The notes under the pieces are model-generated. The model did no database searches. It saw only the letters and a list, made by a program, of their open reading frames with translations, and had not been told where the DNA came from. DNA of 31,654 bases, taken from assembly GCA_964291495.2 (NCBI GenBank), contig OZ219870.1, forward strand, positions 1 through 31,654, read 5' to 3'. Numbering within the stretch: position 1 is the first letter of the stretch; the number at the start of each line of letters is the position of its first letter. Of the stretch, positions 9,265 to 18,051 are shown in pieces. The stretch comes from Dehalococcoidia bacterium (GTDB lineage: Bacteria > Chloroflexota > Dehalococcoidia > UBA2979). A program made the position numbers and the translations under genes.

Positions 9265-10282
9265 CGGCACCCCTCCCGTCGCTCGCGCCGGGCAGGCTAG
9301 CAGAGTCCGGGGCCTGCGCGCCCGCCGCGCCCTCCCCGGGCGGGGCGCCAAGGCCACAGCGCCCGCCGCGCCGCCACGCGAAGCCCTCGGCGCAGAGCTC
9401 GTCGAGCAGCGCCCGCAGCCTTCCCGGCGACGGCGATCGCGGCCGCCCGCCGGCCGCCAGCCTGTCGATCAGCCGCTCGACGGGCAGGGAGCGCTGCGAG
9501 TCGCGCAGCGCGGCCAGGATGCGGCCGCGCCACTGCCGGTCGGAACCCTCGAAGGGCGGCTGTGCGCGCAGCGGCTCGGCCTGCTCACCCGCGGCGAAGC
9601 GCGGGCGCGCCGCGCACCACGAGGCGACGACGCACTCCTCGCAGCGCGGGCGGGGCAGGCAGACGCGCGCGCCGTAGTCCATCAGCGCGGGGTTCCAGCG
9701 CGCGGCGGTGCCCGGCCGCAGCAGCCGCCGCGCGCCCGCCCGCAGCGCCGCCGGAGGCGTCTCGCGCGCTGGCTGCAGATCGCCGTGCAGCAGCCGCCCC
9801 ACCACCCTCGCGACGTTCGTGTCGAGGGCGGCCGCATCCTCGCCGAACCCGAAGCAGCGCACGATCGCGGCGGTGAAGGGCCCGACGCCGGGCAGTGCGA
9901 GCAACGCCGCCTCGTCGCGAGGCAGCCGTCCGCCGTGCATGTCCCGGCAGCGGCGCGCGGCCTCCCGCAGGTGCAGCGCGCGGCGCGGATAGCCGGCGTT
10001 GGCCCAGACGCGCAGCACCGCGGCGCGATCGGCCGCCGCGAGGGCTTCGAGTGTCGGGAAGGCCTCGATCCAGCGCCGCCACAGCGGGAGCACGCGCGGC
10101 ATCTGCGTCTGCTGCGAGCAGACGCCGGCGACCAGCGCCCAGTAGGGGTTGCGAGCGTCTCGCCAGGGGAAGTCCTCGCCGTGCGCCTCGTACCAGGCGA
10201 GCAGCCGCGAGCGGATCCGCCCCAGGCGCTGCGGGCTGAGTCCGGCGGGGCGCGCAGCCGCGGGCGGCGCCGAGGGCGTCAC
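9257..10282 (-). CDS. mutY: MutY-like HhH-GPD DNA glycosylase (short form)
   Basis: FPWR, QQTQ, GYPRRA, LPGVGPFTA, LDTNVARV, LMDYGARVC and the Fe-S loop CLPRPRCEECVVASWC; no full C-terminal NUDIX-like domain. Confidence 0.85.
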   Translation of the reverse strand: MTPSAPPAAARPAGLSPQRLGRIRSRLLAWYEAHGEDFPWRDARNPYWALVAGVCSQQTQMPRVLPLWRRWIEAFPTLEALAAADRAAVLRVWANAGYPRRALHLREAARRCRDMHGGRLPRDEAALLALPGVGPFTAAIVRCFGFGEDAAALDTNVARVVGRLLHGDLQPARETPPAALRAGARRLLRPGTAARWNPALMDYGARVCLPRPRCEECVVASWCAARPRFAAGEQAEPLRAQPPFEGSDRQWRGRILAALRDSQRSLPVERLIDRLAAGGRPRSPSPGRLRALLDELCAEGFAWRRGGRCGLGAPPGEGAAGAQAPDSASLPGASDGRGADG

Positions 10283-10297
10283 GCCGTGCTCCCCGTG

Positions 10298-10786
10298 CTA
10301 TGGGGACGGAACACCGCTGCCCTGCTCCAGGTCCGGCGGCACGACGAGCACCGCCTGCACCACGCCGTCGACGAAGCGCAGCACGGCGATGTCGCCGACC
10401 TCGACGGCGTCGAGCGGCGCGATCTCGAAGAGGCGCAGTGGCTGCTGGAAGCGGATCGTCGTCGTCGTGCCCTCCGCGTCGATCACGAGGCGTCCGGGTT
10501 CCGACTCGATGACGCGCGCCCTCCGCCAGACCTCGCCCGGCAGCGCGGGCAGCCCGCCGAAGCCGGTAAATCCACCGTCAGAGATCCAGCCCTCGATGGC
10601 GGGAGCGGCGGACAGCGCCGGATCCTCGATCACCAGCTGCACGACCGTCGGCTCGCTCGCGCGCTCTCCGGCCCAGCGACCGAGCGAGAGGCCGCCGAGG
10701 GCGCTCGCGGTGATCGCGGCGATCGTGATCGCGGCCACCAGCGCCCACGGCAGGCGCAGCGACGACCGGCCCTCGCGCGCGCTCAT
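10298..10786 (-). CDS. Hypothetical membrane-anchored protein with predicted small beta-barrel (DUF5666-like)
   Basis: N-terminal TM segment (WALVAAITIAAITASALGGLSLG); beta-rich C-terminus (RVIESEPGRLVI...VEVGDIAVL); ATGA coupling with the upstream gene. Confidence 0.7.
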   Translation of the reverse strand: MSAREGRSSLRLPWALVAAITIAAITASALGGLSLGRWAGERASEPTVVQLVIEDPALSAAPAIEGWISDGGFTGFGGLPALPGEVWRRARVIESEPGRLVIDAEGTTTTIRFQQPLRLFEIAPLDAVEVGDIAVLRFVDGVVQAVLVVPPDLEQGSGVPSP

Positions 10787-11184
10787 GGCCACACGTCCTC
10801 GTTCGCCGGCTCCAGCGCCACCACGCCGGTGAGTACGAGGCCGAACTCGCTCTGCTCTCCGCCGAGGTTGACGGCGTCGCCGGTCGCGAAGCGCGGCTCG
10901 GCGGTGCGTCGCAGCTCCTCGGTGGACGCGCCTGGATGCAGCTCGAACTCGGCGATGCCCTCGGGCGTGCGGATCGCGATCCGGCCGTCGCCCACCCCGG
11001 TCACCTCGCCGCCGCTGAACTCACGCGGCGCGGGCGGGGGCGCCTCGCGGTCAATGAAGATGCGCTGCTCGTCGGGCACGGGCTCGTGTTCCAGCAGGAA
11101 GCCGCCGGCGGCGCTCAGCGCGAACACGGCGACGAGCACGAAGGCCGTCGTCGCCACGGAGCGCCAGCGCCACCTCGGAAGCAT
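10783..11184 (-). CDS. Hypothetical membrane-anchored protein with predicted small beta-barrel (DUF5666-like)
   Basis: GGAGGAAGG RBS; N-terminal TM segment; GEVTGVGDGRIAIRTPEG...FATGDAVNLGG. Confidence 0.72.
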   Translation of the reverse strand: MLPRWRWRSVATTAFVLVAVFALSAAGGFLLEHEPVPDEQRIFIDREAPPPAPREFSGGEVTGVGDGRIAIRTPEGIAEFELHPGASTEELRRTAEPRFATGDAVNLGGEQSEFGLVLTGVVALEPANEDVWP

Positions 11185-11209
11185 GATCGCCTTCCTCCTC
11201 CGCCTCGTC

Positions 11210-14200
11210 CTACTGCGTCAGCCGCAGCGCTGCGGCGCCCGCGCGCCGCAGCACCGCCCGCCAGGCGCTCCACAGGGTCAGCGTGGCCGCGACGGCCATG
11301 AGGGCCACGCCGATCGAGAGCAGCGGCCACTCCGTCTGCACGGAGAACTCCGGCACCACCGGCGTCCCCGTCTCCGTGACCTCCAGGAACTGCAGCATCA
11401 GCCGCGAGATCCAGCGGCCCAGCAGCACGCCGATCAGCGACCCGAAGAGCAGCACCACGCCCCACTCGAAGGCGAACGCGCGCAGCAGCTCCCGCCTCGA
11501 GGCGCCGAGCGAGCGCAGTACGGCCACCTCCACGGTGCGGCCGCGCAGCGTGATCGCCAGCGAGACGACGAAGCCGAGCAGCGCCGCCCCCATCGCCCCG
11601 GCGAAGGCCAGCAGCAGAATGCCGCCTCCCGACGCCTGCAGCGTCGGATCCGAGGCGATCTCGTCGAGGCGATCGGCCAGCAGCGACGGCTCGCCGACCT
11701 CGAACCCGATCCACTCCGGATCCTGTGTCAGGACGGAGACGGCCAACTGCTGCTCGATCGTGACGCCCTCCGCGAAGTCGACCCACAGCTCGCTCGGCTC
11801 TCGCTGCCCCCCTGCGACGATGGCGCCGGTGAGCACGCGCAACTGCTCGTAGTCGACGACGATGAAGCCCGAGGGATCGAGCGTGGGGAAGAGGCGCGCC
11901 GTGCCCCGCACAATCAGCGGGACCTCGAACCCGTCGCCGAGGAGCGCGGTCGCGCGGTCGCCCGGCTGCACGCCGAAGAACCCCAGCGCGTTCTCGCTGA
12001 CGATCGCGTTCAGCGGGACCGCGGGATTGATCGGAGCGAACACGCGCGAGCGCTCCCCGACCTCGCGCGTCCAGGTCCAGCGCGCCGAGTGCTGCCCGGA
12101 CTGCGCACGTTCGTCCGAGGCGCCGAATGTCTCGGACGACCCGCGCTGCGAGTACATCGTCCAGTCGAACTCACCCTCGAAGTCCTCGACCAGCACGCGC
12201 TCGCCGTCACTGCGCAGGGCGGTCAAGTCGTCGAGGAAGAGCGCGCCGTCGTTGTTGACGAGGATGCGGCGATCGCTGGTCTGCACGCTCACGAGGGCGA
12301 GCGGGGGCGTCGGCGCCGTCCGGAACCGGGCCTCGAGCTCCGTCCATTGCCCGGCGACGGGCGCGCTGAAGATCGCCTCGTGGTACTTGCCCCTGGCGTC
12401 CAGCGCCCAGACCCGCAGCCGGCCGGTGCGCGGCGGGATCTCCGCGTAGACGTCGAGCGTGAAGCCGACCGTGTCGTCCGGCAGTGCGATCCCGCTCTCC
12501 AGCGGCACGCCGAGGTCCAGGCGCGAGAGCAGGCGCGCGGGCGGCTCGTCCGCGAAGTCCTCCCGGAACCAGAGCATCGAGGCGGCGTCGTCGCGATCAT
12601 CGATCGCCAGCAGGCGCAGCGCGCCCCCGCCGGGCAGTCCGGCCGAGCTGCGATGGACGACCAGCGCCTGGTCGACGCCCTCCAGTTCGCGCAGCCGCGC
12701 CATGCCCTCGCCGGCCTCGGGCTGCTCGAAGCCGGCGATGCTGGAGCGCAGGTCGACGCCGTGGCCGTAGCGCGCGCGGTCGGCGAACGACTGGTCCACG
12801 GTCGGCGCGTAAGAGGCGGCGAAGGCCCCGACGGCGACAGCCGTGGAGACGAGCAGCAACAGGCGCGCGCTGGCCGCCGGGTCGCGCCCGGCGCGCCCGA
12901 TGCCGAGCGTGACGGCGGTGCCTCGCAGCGGTCGCAGCAGCCAGGCGATCAGCCGCAGCAGCGGCGAGTAGAGCCGCAACACCAGCACCGCCGCCGCCAT
13001 GGTCATCACCAGCGGCGAGAGCAGCAGCAACGGGTCCGCCTGCCAGCCGCCGACCGACTGCGGGTCGAAGACCGCGCCGCGGCGGTCGAGCTGCCAGAAC
13101 AGCAGCGCCGCCAGCACGACCAGCCCCAGGTCCAGGTGGTAGCGGCGGAACCAGTTGCGTCCGCGCGGGCGCGCCTGCTCGCGCTTCGCATCGACGATCG
13201 CGCGGCGCACGGCGTTGATCGCCGGCAGCAGCATCGCCACGAGGGCGAGCACCGCGCCGGCAGCGGCCAGCAGCACGGCGTCCTCGCTGAAGGACGCGGG
13301 CAGGGCCTCGCCGCCGGTGATCTCGGCAAAGGCCGGCGTGTAACCGAGCGCGGAGACGGCGAAGACGGCGAGCAGCGGGCCGAGCAGCGCCGCCGGCACG
13401 GCGATCAGCAGGCCCTCGGCCAGCGTCAGCCCGAGCAGTTGCGCGGTGCTGGCGCCGCGGCTGCGATAGACCGCGACCTCCTGTGCCTGCCGCTCGCGGG
13501 CGAGCGCCGTCAGCACCACGATGTAGAAGGCCACGACGCCGGCGACCTGCAGCAGCAGCAAGAGCAACGGCACCTGCGAGAAGGTGCTCGAGTTGCGGAA
13601 CTGGGCGAGCGCCTCCTCGAACTCGATCCGCCCGCCCACGAACAGGCCGAGGGAGTCCCGCAGATCGGTCGGCCAGAGCGCGAGGTCGTCGAGCGCGCGC
13701 GGCACGTCGCGCACGGCCAGCCCCTGCAGGTCCGGCACGACGCCCGCGCGGTAGCGCGAGAGCAGCTCCGGCAGCTGCGTGGTGAGCGCGCCCGAGAAGT
13801 ACTCACCGGAGGTGAGCAGCGGCATGCCCTCGCTCGGGCCGAAGCGCGAGGGGCGGCGGGGCGGCGCGTCGGGGACCGTCCAGCCCTCCTCGAAGAACTG
13901 CCAGCGCAGGTCGGCGGGGTCGTTCGGCCGCACGAAGCCGACGATCTCCGCGGTGAGGCTCGCGGCCACGAACGTGCTCGGCCGGCAGATCACCTCGTCG
14001 GCAGCCACCTCCTCGTCCTCCGAGGGCGGCACGCGGCGGCAGTCGTCGTAGCGCCCCGCGGTGATCAGGATGCGATCCCCCACTGCGGCCTCACGCTGGA
14101 AGCCGTCGGGGAGCACCACCTCGGCGGTCTGCGCGCGCGGCGAGGGCAGGCGACCCTCGACGACCTCGACGTGGTCCTCGTAGCCGCTGAGGTGGACCAG

Positions 14201-14593
14201 CCGGGCGGGCCAGGGGCGCCGCTCCGAGCCGTCGGCGGCGGAGACGAAGCTGACCCGCATCGGGTTGGAGCGCTGCTCGACGAGCAGCTCCGGACCGAGC
14301 CAGCCGACGCGCGCCTCGGTGACCTCGCGGAAGGCCCGCGTCTGCGCCAGCTGCACCGGGTCGCCGAGGCGGAGGCGGTCGGCGTAGAGGCCGACCGCGC
14401 GCTCGCGCGGCCTGTCCAGCTCGCGGTCCAGCCGGAAGCGCAGGCCGATGTCGGACATCGTGTCGGTGTAGATCGGGGCGGCAGCCAGCAGGGTGGTGGC
14501 CAGCAGCGCGCCGGCCCCGACCAGCAGCATCAGCGGCCAGTTCGCAGCGAAGCGCCGCAGCGCGAACCGCCAGACGGAGAAGAGCTCGCCCAC
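11210..14593 (-). CDS. Large FtsX/MacB-type ABC permease (1127 aa, two FtsX modules)
   Basis: N-terminal TM; ARERQAQEVAVYRSRGAS and RTVEVAVLRSLGAS FtsX motifs; two large extracytoplasmic regions. Confidence 0.92.
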   Translation of the reverse strand: MGELFSVWRFALRRFAANWPLMLLVGAGALLATTLLAAAPIYTDTMSDIGLRFRLDRELDRPRERAVGLYADRLRLGDPVQLAQTRAFREVTEARVGWLGPELLVEQRSNPMRVSFVSAADGSERRPWPARLVHLSGYEDHVEVVEGRLPSPRAQTAEVVLPDGFQREAAVGDRILITAGRYDDCRRVPPSEDEEVAADEVICRPSTFVAASLTAEIVGFVRPNDPADLRWQFFEEGWTVPDAPPRRPSRFGPSEGMPLLTSGEYFSGALTTQLPELLSRYRAGVVPDLQGLAVRDVPRALDDLALWPTDLRDSLGLFVGGRIEFEEALAQFRNSSTFSQVPLLLLLLQVAGVVAFYIVVLTALARERQAQEVAVYRSRGASTAQLLGLTLAEGLLIAVPAALLGPLLAVFAVSALGYTPAFAEITGGEALPASFSEDAVLLAAAGAVLALVAMLLPAINAVRRAIVDAKREQARPRGRNWFRRYHLDLGLVVLAALLFWQLDRRGAVFDPQSVGGWQADPLLLLSPLVMTMAAAVLVLRLYSPLLRLIAWLLRPLRGTAVTLGIGRAGRDPAASARLLLLVSTAVAVGAFAASYAPTVDQSFADRARYGHGVDLRSSIAGFEQPEAGEGMARLRELEGVDQALVVHRSSAGLPGGGALRLLAIDDRDDAASMLWFREDFADEPPARLLSRLDLGVPLESGIALPDDTVGFTLDVYAEIPPRTGRLRVWALDARGKYHEAIFSAPVAGQWTELEARFRTAPTPPLALVSVQTSDRRILVNNDGALFLDDLTALRSDGERVLVEDFEGEFDWTMYSQRGSSETFGASDERAQSGQHSARWTWTREVGERSRVFAPINPAVPLNAIVSENALGFFGVQPGDRATALLGDGFEVPLIVRGTARLFPTLDPSGFIVVDYEQLRVLTGAIVAGGQREPSELWVDFAEGVTIEQQLAVSVLTQDPEWIGFEVGEPSLLADRLDEIASDPTLQASGGGILLLAFAGAMGAALLGFVVSLAITLRGRTVEVAVLRSLGASRRELLRAFAFEWGVVLLFGSLIGVLLGRWISRLMLQFLEVTETGTPVVPEFSVQTEWPLLSIGVALMAVAATLTLWSAWRAVLRRAGAAALRLTQ

Positions 14594-14670
14594 GGGCGCA
14601 GTCTAGCGGGCACGGGCCTCTGGCACCCGCCGGAGGGCGCGAATCGCGGCGCGCGAGTAGAATCCGCGAG
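14594..14670. promoter_or_regulatory. Bidirectional promoter region with back-to-back -10 hexamers
   Basis: TAGAAT (14658-14663) is 7 nt before GTG 14671; TAGACT (minus, 14600-14605) is 6 nt before GTG 14593; no clear SD on either side. Confidence 0.6.
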
Positions 14671-17600
14671 GTGCGGCAATTCCGTTCCCTGCCGGTGCTC
14701 GCGATCCGCCGCATGCTCGGCAACTGGCGGCTGCTCGTCAGCGTCGTGGTCGGCACGCTGGTCGCTGGCGCGATCCTCTCCTCGACCGTCATCTACGCCG
14801 ACGCGATCCGCGATCTGGGGCTCGATCACGCCCTCGAGCAGGAATCGCCGCACGACCTCGACCTGCGCATCACCCAGACCAACGTCGCGATCCGCGCCCA
14901 CCTCTACGCGCAGTCGCAGCAACGCGTCGACCAGGCCGTACGCGACGCCCTCGGCCAGGCGGGCGGCGCGATCGTGCGGCAGGGCACGAGCGCGACGTTC
15001 TATCCCTCGGCGGCGGGCGGCGCGCCGGATCTCGATGACCAGGGGCGTCCCCGCGCGAACTTCCGCTTCCGCTCGAACCTGCTGGAACACACCACGCTGA
15101 GCGCCGGCCGCCTGCCCCAGCCCGGCCTGACGCCGGACGGGGCGATCGAGGTGATGCTCGGCGCCGCGACGGCTCGGGCGCAGGGCTTCGGCGTCGGCGA
15201 GCAGCTTGACCTCCACCCCTTCTGGGACGAGGAGGTCGCGCCCATCCGGATCGAGATCGTCGGCCTGCTCGAAGCGAACGATCTCTCCGAGCGCTACTGG
15301 AACGGCCAGACCGGCCTGCTCGACTCGGAGACGGCGCGCTGGCCCACCTACCTGCTGTTTCTCTCCGAGGCGGGCTTCTTCGCGGAACCGCCGCGCGCGC
15401 TCCCCGCGATGACCGCGCGCTACCGCAACGTCTACCAGGTGGCGACCGAGCGGCTGGACTCGCGCATCGCCTCCTCCGTCTCCGTGGCGGTGGGGTTCCT
15501 CGAGACGCGCCTTTCGGCGACGGAGCGGCTGCTGCGCGTCGAGACGAAGCTGGTGGGGGTGCTGGACAGCTTCGACGAGAAGCTGTTCTTCGTACGCATC
15601 CCGCTGTTCGTGCTGCTGCTGCAGATCGGCGGCGTCGTCGCCTACTACCTGCTTGTCGTCTCCACGATGCTGATCGAGCGCCAGGCCGAGGAGATCGCGA
15701 CGCTGCGCAGCCGCGGCGCGACGACCCCGCAGTTGCTCGCGCAGTACGGCATCGAGGCCGCGATCCTCGCGGTGCTCGCGGTCGGCGCCGGTCCGCCGAT
15801 CGCGGCGGCGGTGATCGCGGCGCTGGGACCGACGCCGGCGTTCGCCGATCTCTCCGGCGGCGGGCCGCTCGAGGTCCACCTCTCCGGGCTGTCGTTCGCG
15901 CTGGCCGGCGCGGGGGCGCTGCTCGCCTTCCTCGCCTTCATGGTCCCCGCCTGGCAGGCGACGCGGCAGACGGTGATCGGCTTCAAGCACAACGCGGCGC
16001 GCCCGCGGCGCCAGCCGCTGTTCCTGCGCTACTACCTCGATGTCGCGCTCGTGCTGCTGCTGGCGATCGTGTTCTGGCGGCTGCGGCGCGAGGAGGACCT
16101 GTTCGAGGAGCCGCTCTTCGGCGAGCCGCAGGCGGACCCGTTCCTGCTCACCACCCCCGCCGTGGCGATGCTCACCGCCGGGATCGTCTTCCTCCGGCTC
16201 TTCCCGCTGGTGCTGCGGCTCGCCGCCTGGCTGGTGGCGCAGGGCCGCGGCGTCGCCCTGCTCGTCGGCACGCGCGCCCTCGCGAGGAACCCCACGCACT
16301 ACTCGCGGCTGATCCTGATGCTGATGCTCGCCACCGGTGTCGGGATGTTCGGGGCGACCTTCTCGGCCACGCTCGACCGCTCCTACGACGACCGCACCTC
16401 CTACGCGGCCGGGGCCGATGCGCGCGCTACCGATCTGCGTGCGCTCTACCGCAAGGGCGACGCCGCCTTCCGCGAGGCGATCGCGGCGGTCCCGGCGGAG
16501 ACGGCCAGCCCACTGATCCGGCGGGGCGGCTCGATCAGCGCCAACGGCGACATCGCGCGCATCGAGTTCCTCGCCGTCGAGCCGGAGTCCTTCGGCGAGG
16601 TCGCCTGGTTCCGCTCCGACTTCGCCGATCGCTCGCTCGATTCGATGATGGAGGAACTCGCCGGCAACGCGACGGCGGTCACGTACACCCCGCTGCCGGC
16701 GGACACGCGCCAGTTTGGGCTGTGGGCGAAGCTGCCCGACATCCGCGCCGCGATGGACCTCGTCGCGATCTTCCGCGACGACCGCGGGCTGCTCGTCCAG
16801 GGCTGGCTCGGCGTGGTGCGGCCGGGTGAACCGGCCACCGAGGAGTGGCGCTTCTTCTCCACGGACCTTCAGCAGCTGCGCCGCATCTCGCGCCGCAGTC
16901 AGGCCACCCTGCTCGAGCCGCCGGTCGTCCTGCAGGCGGTCATGGTGCGCACGCGCAGCACGATCGGCGCCCAGCGCGGCGTCGTGCTGTTCGGTCCCGC
17001 GATGACCTCGCCCTTGCCGCCCTCCCCGGGGTTGGACCCTCGCGACCCGCAACCGCACAGCGAGCCGTTCGAGGGCGCGCGGCTCGCGCACGAGTTCACC
17101 GACCCCGGCTTCGAGATCCTGCAGGGTCTGGTCCCGCGCACCCTCAGCGACCCGATCCGCGCCGAGGCCGACGCGCCGCCCGGCTTCACGACCTCGCTGC
17201 GCTACGAGTGGCTGGACGAGCAGCGCCCACCGCGCCAGCGCGGCGTGCGCCAGGCGATCCCCCAGGGCGACACGCTCATCTTCCTCTCCAGCGAGACGGC
17301 GCAGCGCCTGCTGCTGGCGCCCGGCGACGAGGCGAGGCTCGTCGTCGGCAGCGTCTACCTCGCTGCGCGCTACGCCGGGTCGTTCGATCTGTTCCCGACG
17401 TTCAACGCCAACGGCAACACGGGGTTCGGACTGATTCACGCCAGCCGCTTGCAGGTGGACGCGAACGCCGGGATTCCCGGCGAGGCGTTCGCCTTCGACA
17501 GCGCCTGGTTCAAGTCCGACGACCCGGCGGCCACGAGCGCGGCGCTCGCGGCGCTGCAGCCGCGCTTCGTGATCGACACCGAGGGGGAGCGACAGCGCCA

Positions 17601-18051
17601 GGAGGAGGACCCCCTGATCGCGGCAGGCTGGGAGGGCATCCTCGCGATCTCGTTCGCGGCGGTGCTGCTGCTCTCCGCAATCGGGTTCCTGATCTACTCG
17701 TACCTGACGGCGCAGCAGCGGAGACTGGAGTTCGCCGTGCTGCGCACGCTCGGCTTCTCGCGCGTGCAGGTGTTCGGTGTGGTGCTGCTCGAGCACCTCT
17801 TCGTGGTGCTCGCCGGCATGGGCCTCGGTACCATCGTGGGGTTGCAGGTGGGACGCGTGATGATGGACTTCTTCGAACTCGACGAGCGCGGCGCCGGAGT
17901 GCTGCCGCCGTTCGCGCTGGCGGTCTCGCGATTGGAAGTGACGCTGGTGTGGGGCATCCTCGGAGCCGTGTTCGTGCTGACCGTCTTCGCCGTCGTGCTC
18001 CTCTACGCGCGCCTCGCGCTGCATCGCGCGCTGCGAGTCGGTGACGCATGA
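14671..18051 (+). CDS. Large FtsX/MacB-type ABC permease (1126 aa), paralog of 11210-14593
   Basis: ERQAEEIATLRSRGAT and RRLEFAVLRTLGFS motifs; shares RYYLD/RYHLD, QADP and WFRxDFAD blocks with its partner. Confidence 0.92.
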   Translation: MRQFRSLPVLAIRRMLGNWRLLVSVVVGTLVAGAILSSTVIYADAIRDLGLDHALEQESPHDLDLRITQTNVAIRAHLYAQSQQRVDQAVRDALGQAGGAIVRQGTSATFYPSAAGGAPDLDDQGRPRANFRFRSNLLEHTTLSAGRLPQPGLTPDGAIEVMLGAATARAQGFGVGEQLDLHPFWDEEVAPIRIEIVGLLEANDLSERYWNGQTGLLDSETARWPTYLLFLSEAGFFAEPPRALPAMTARYRNVYQVATERLDSRIASSVSVAVGFLETRLSATERLLRVETKLVGVLDSFDEKLFFVRIPLFVLLLQIGGVVAYYLLVVSTMLIERQAEEIATLRSRGATTPQLLAQYGIEAAILAVLAVGAGPPIAAAVIAALGPTPAFADLSGGGPLEVHLSGLSFALAGAGALLAFLAFMVPAWQATRQTVIGFKHNAARPRRQPLFLRYYLDVALVLLLAIVFWRLRREEDLFEEPLFGEPQADPFLLTTPAVAMLTAGIVFLRLFPLVLRLAAWLVAQGRGVALLVGTRALARNPTHYSRLILMLMLATGVGMFGATFSATLDRSYDDRTSYAAGADARATDLRALYRKGDAAFREAIAAVPAETASPLIRRGGSISANGDIARIEFLAVEPESFGEVAWFRSDFADRSLDSMMEELAGNATAVTYTPLPADTRQFGLWAKLPDIRAAMDLVAIFRDDRGLLVQGWLGVVRPGEPATEEWRFFSTDLQQLRRISRRSQATLLEPPVVLQAVMVRTRSTIGAQRGVVLFGPAMTSPLPPSPGLDPRDPQPHSEPFEGARLAHEFTDPGFEILQGLVPRTLSDPIRAEADAPPGFTTSLRYEWLDEQRPPRQRGVRQAIPQGDTLIFLSSETAQRLLLAPGDEARLVVGSVYLAARYAGSFDLFPTFNANGNTGFGLIHASRLQVDANAGIPGEAFAFDSAWFKSDDPAATSAALAALQPRFVIDTEGERQRQEEDPLIAAGWEGILAISFAAVLLLSAIGFLIYSYLTAQQRRLEFAVLRTLGFSRVQVFGVVLLEHLFVVLAGMGLGTIVGLQVGRVMMDFFELDERGAGVLPPFALAVSRLEVTLVWGILGAVFVLTVFAVVLLYARLALHRALRVGDA

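Noticed and set aside
9242-15100. 1952-aa + strand ORF
   Set aside because: Antisense shadow of mutY, two small genes and the permease; Arg/Ala/Gly-rich, no motifs; expected from stop-codon scarcity at high GC.
14530-18024. 1164-aa - strand ORF
   Set aside because: Antisense shadow of the + strand permease, which has clear FtsX motifs.
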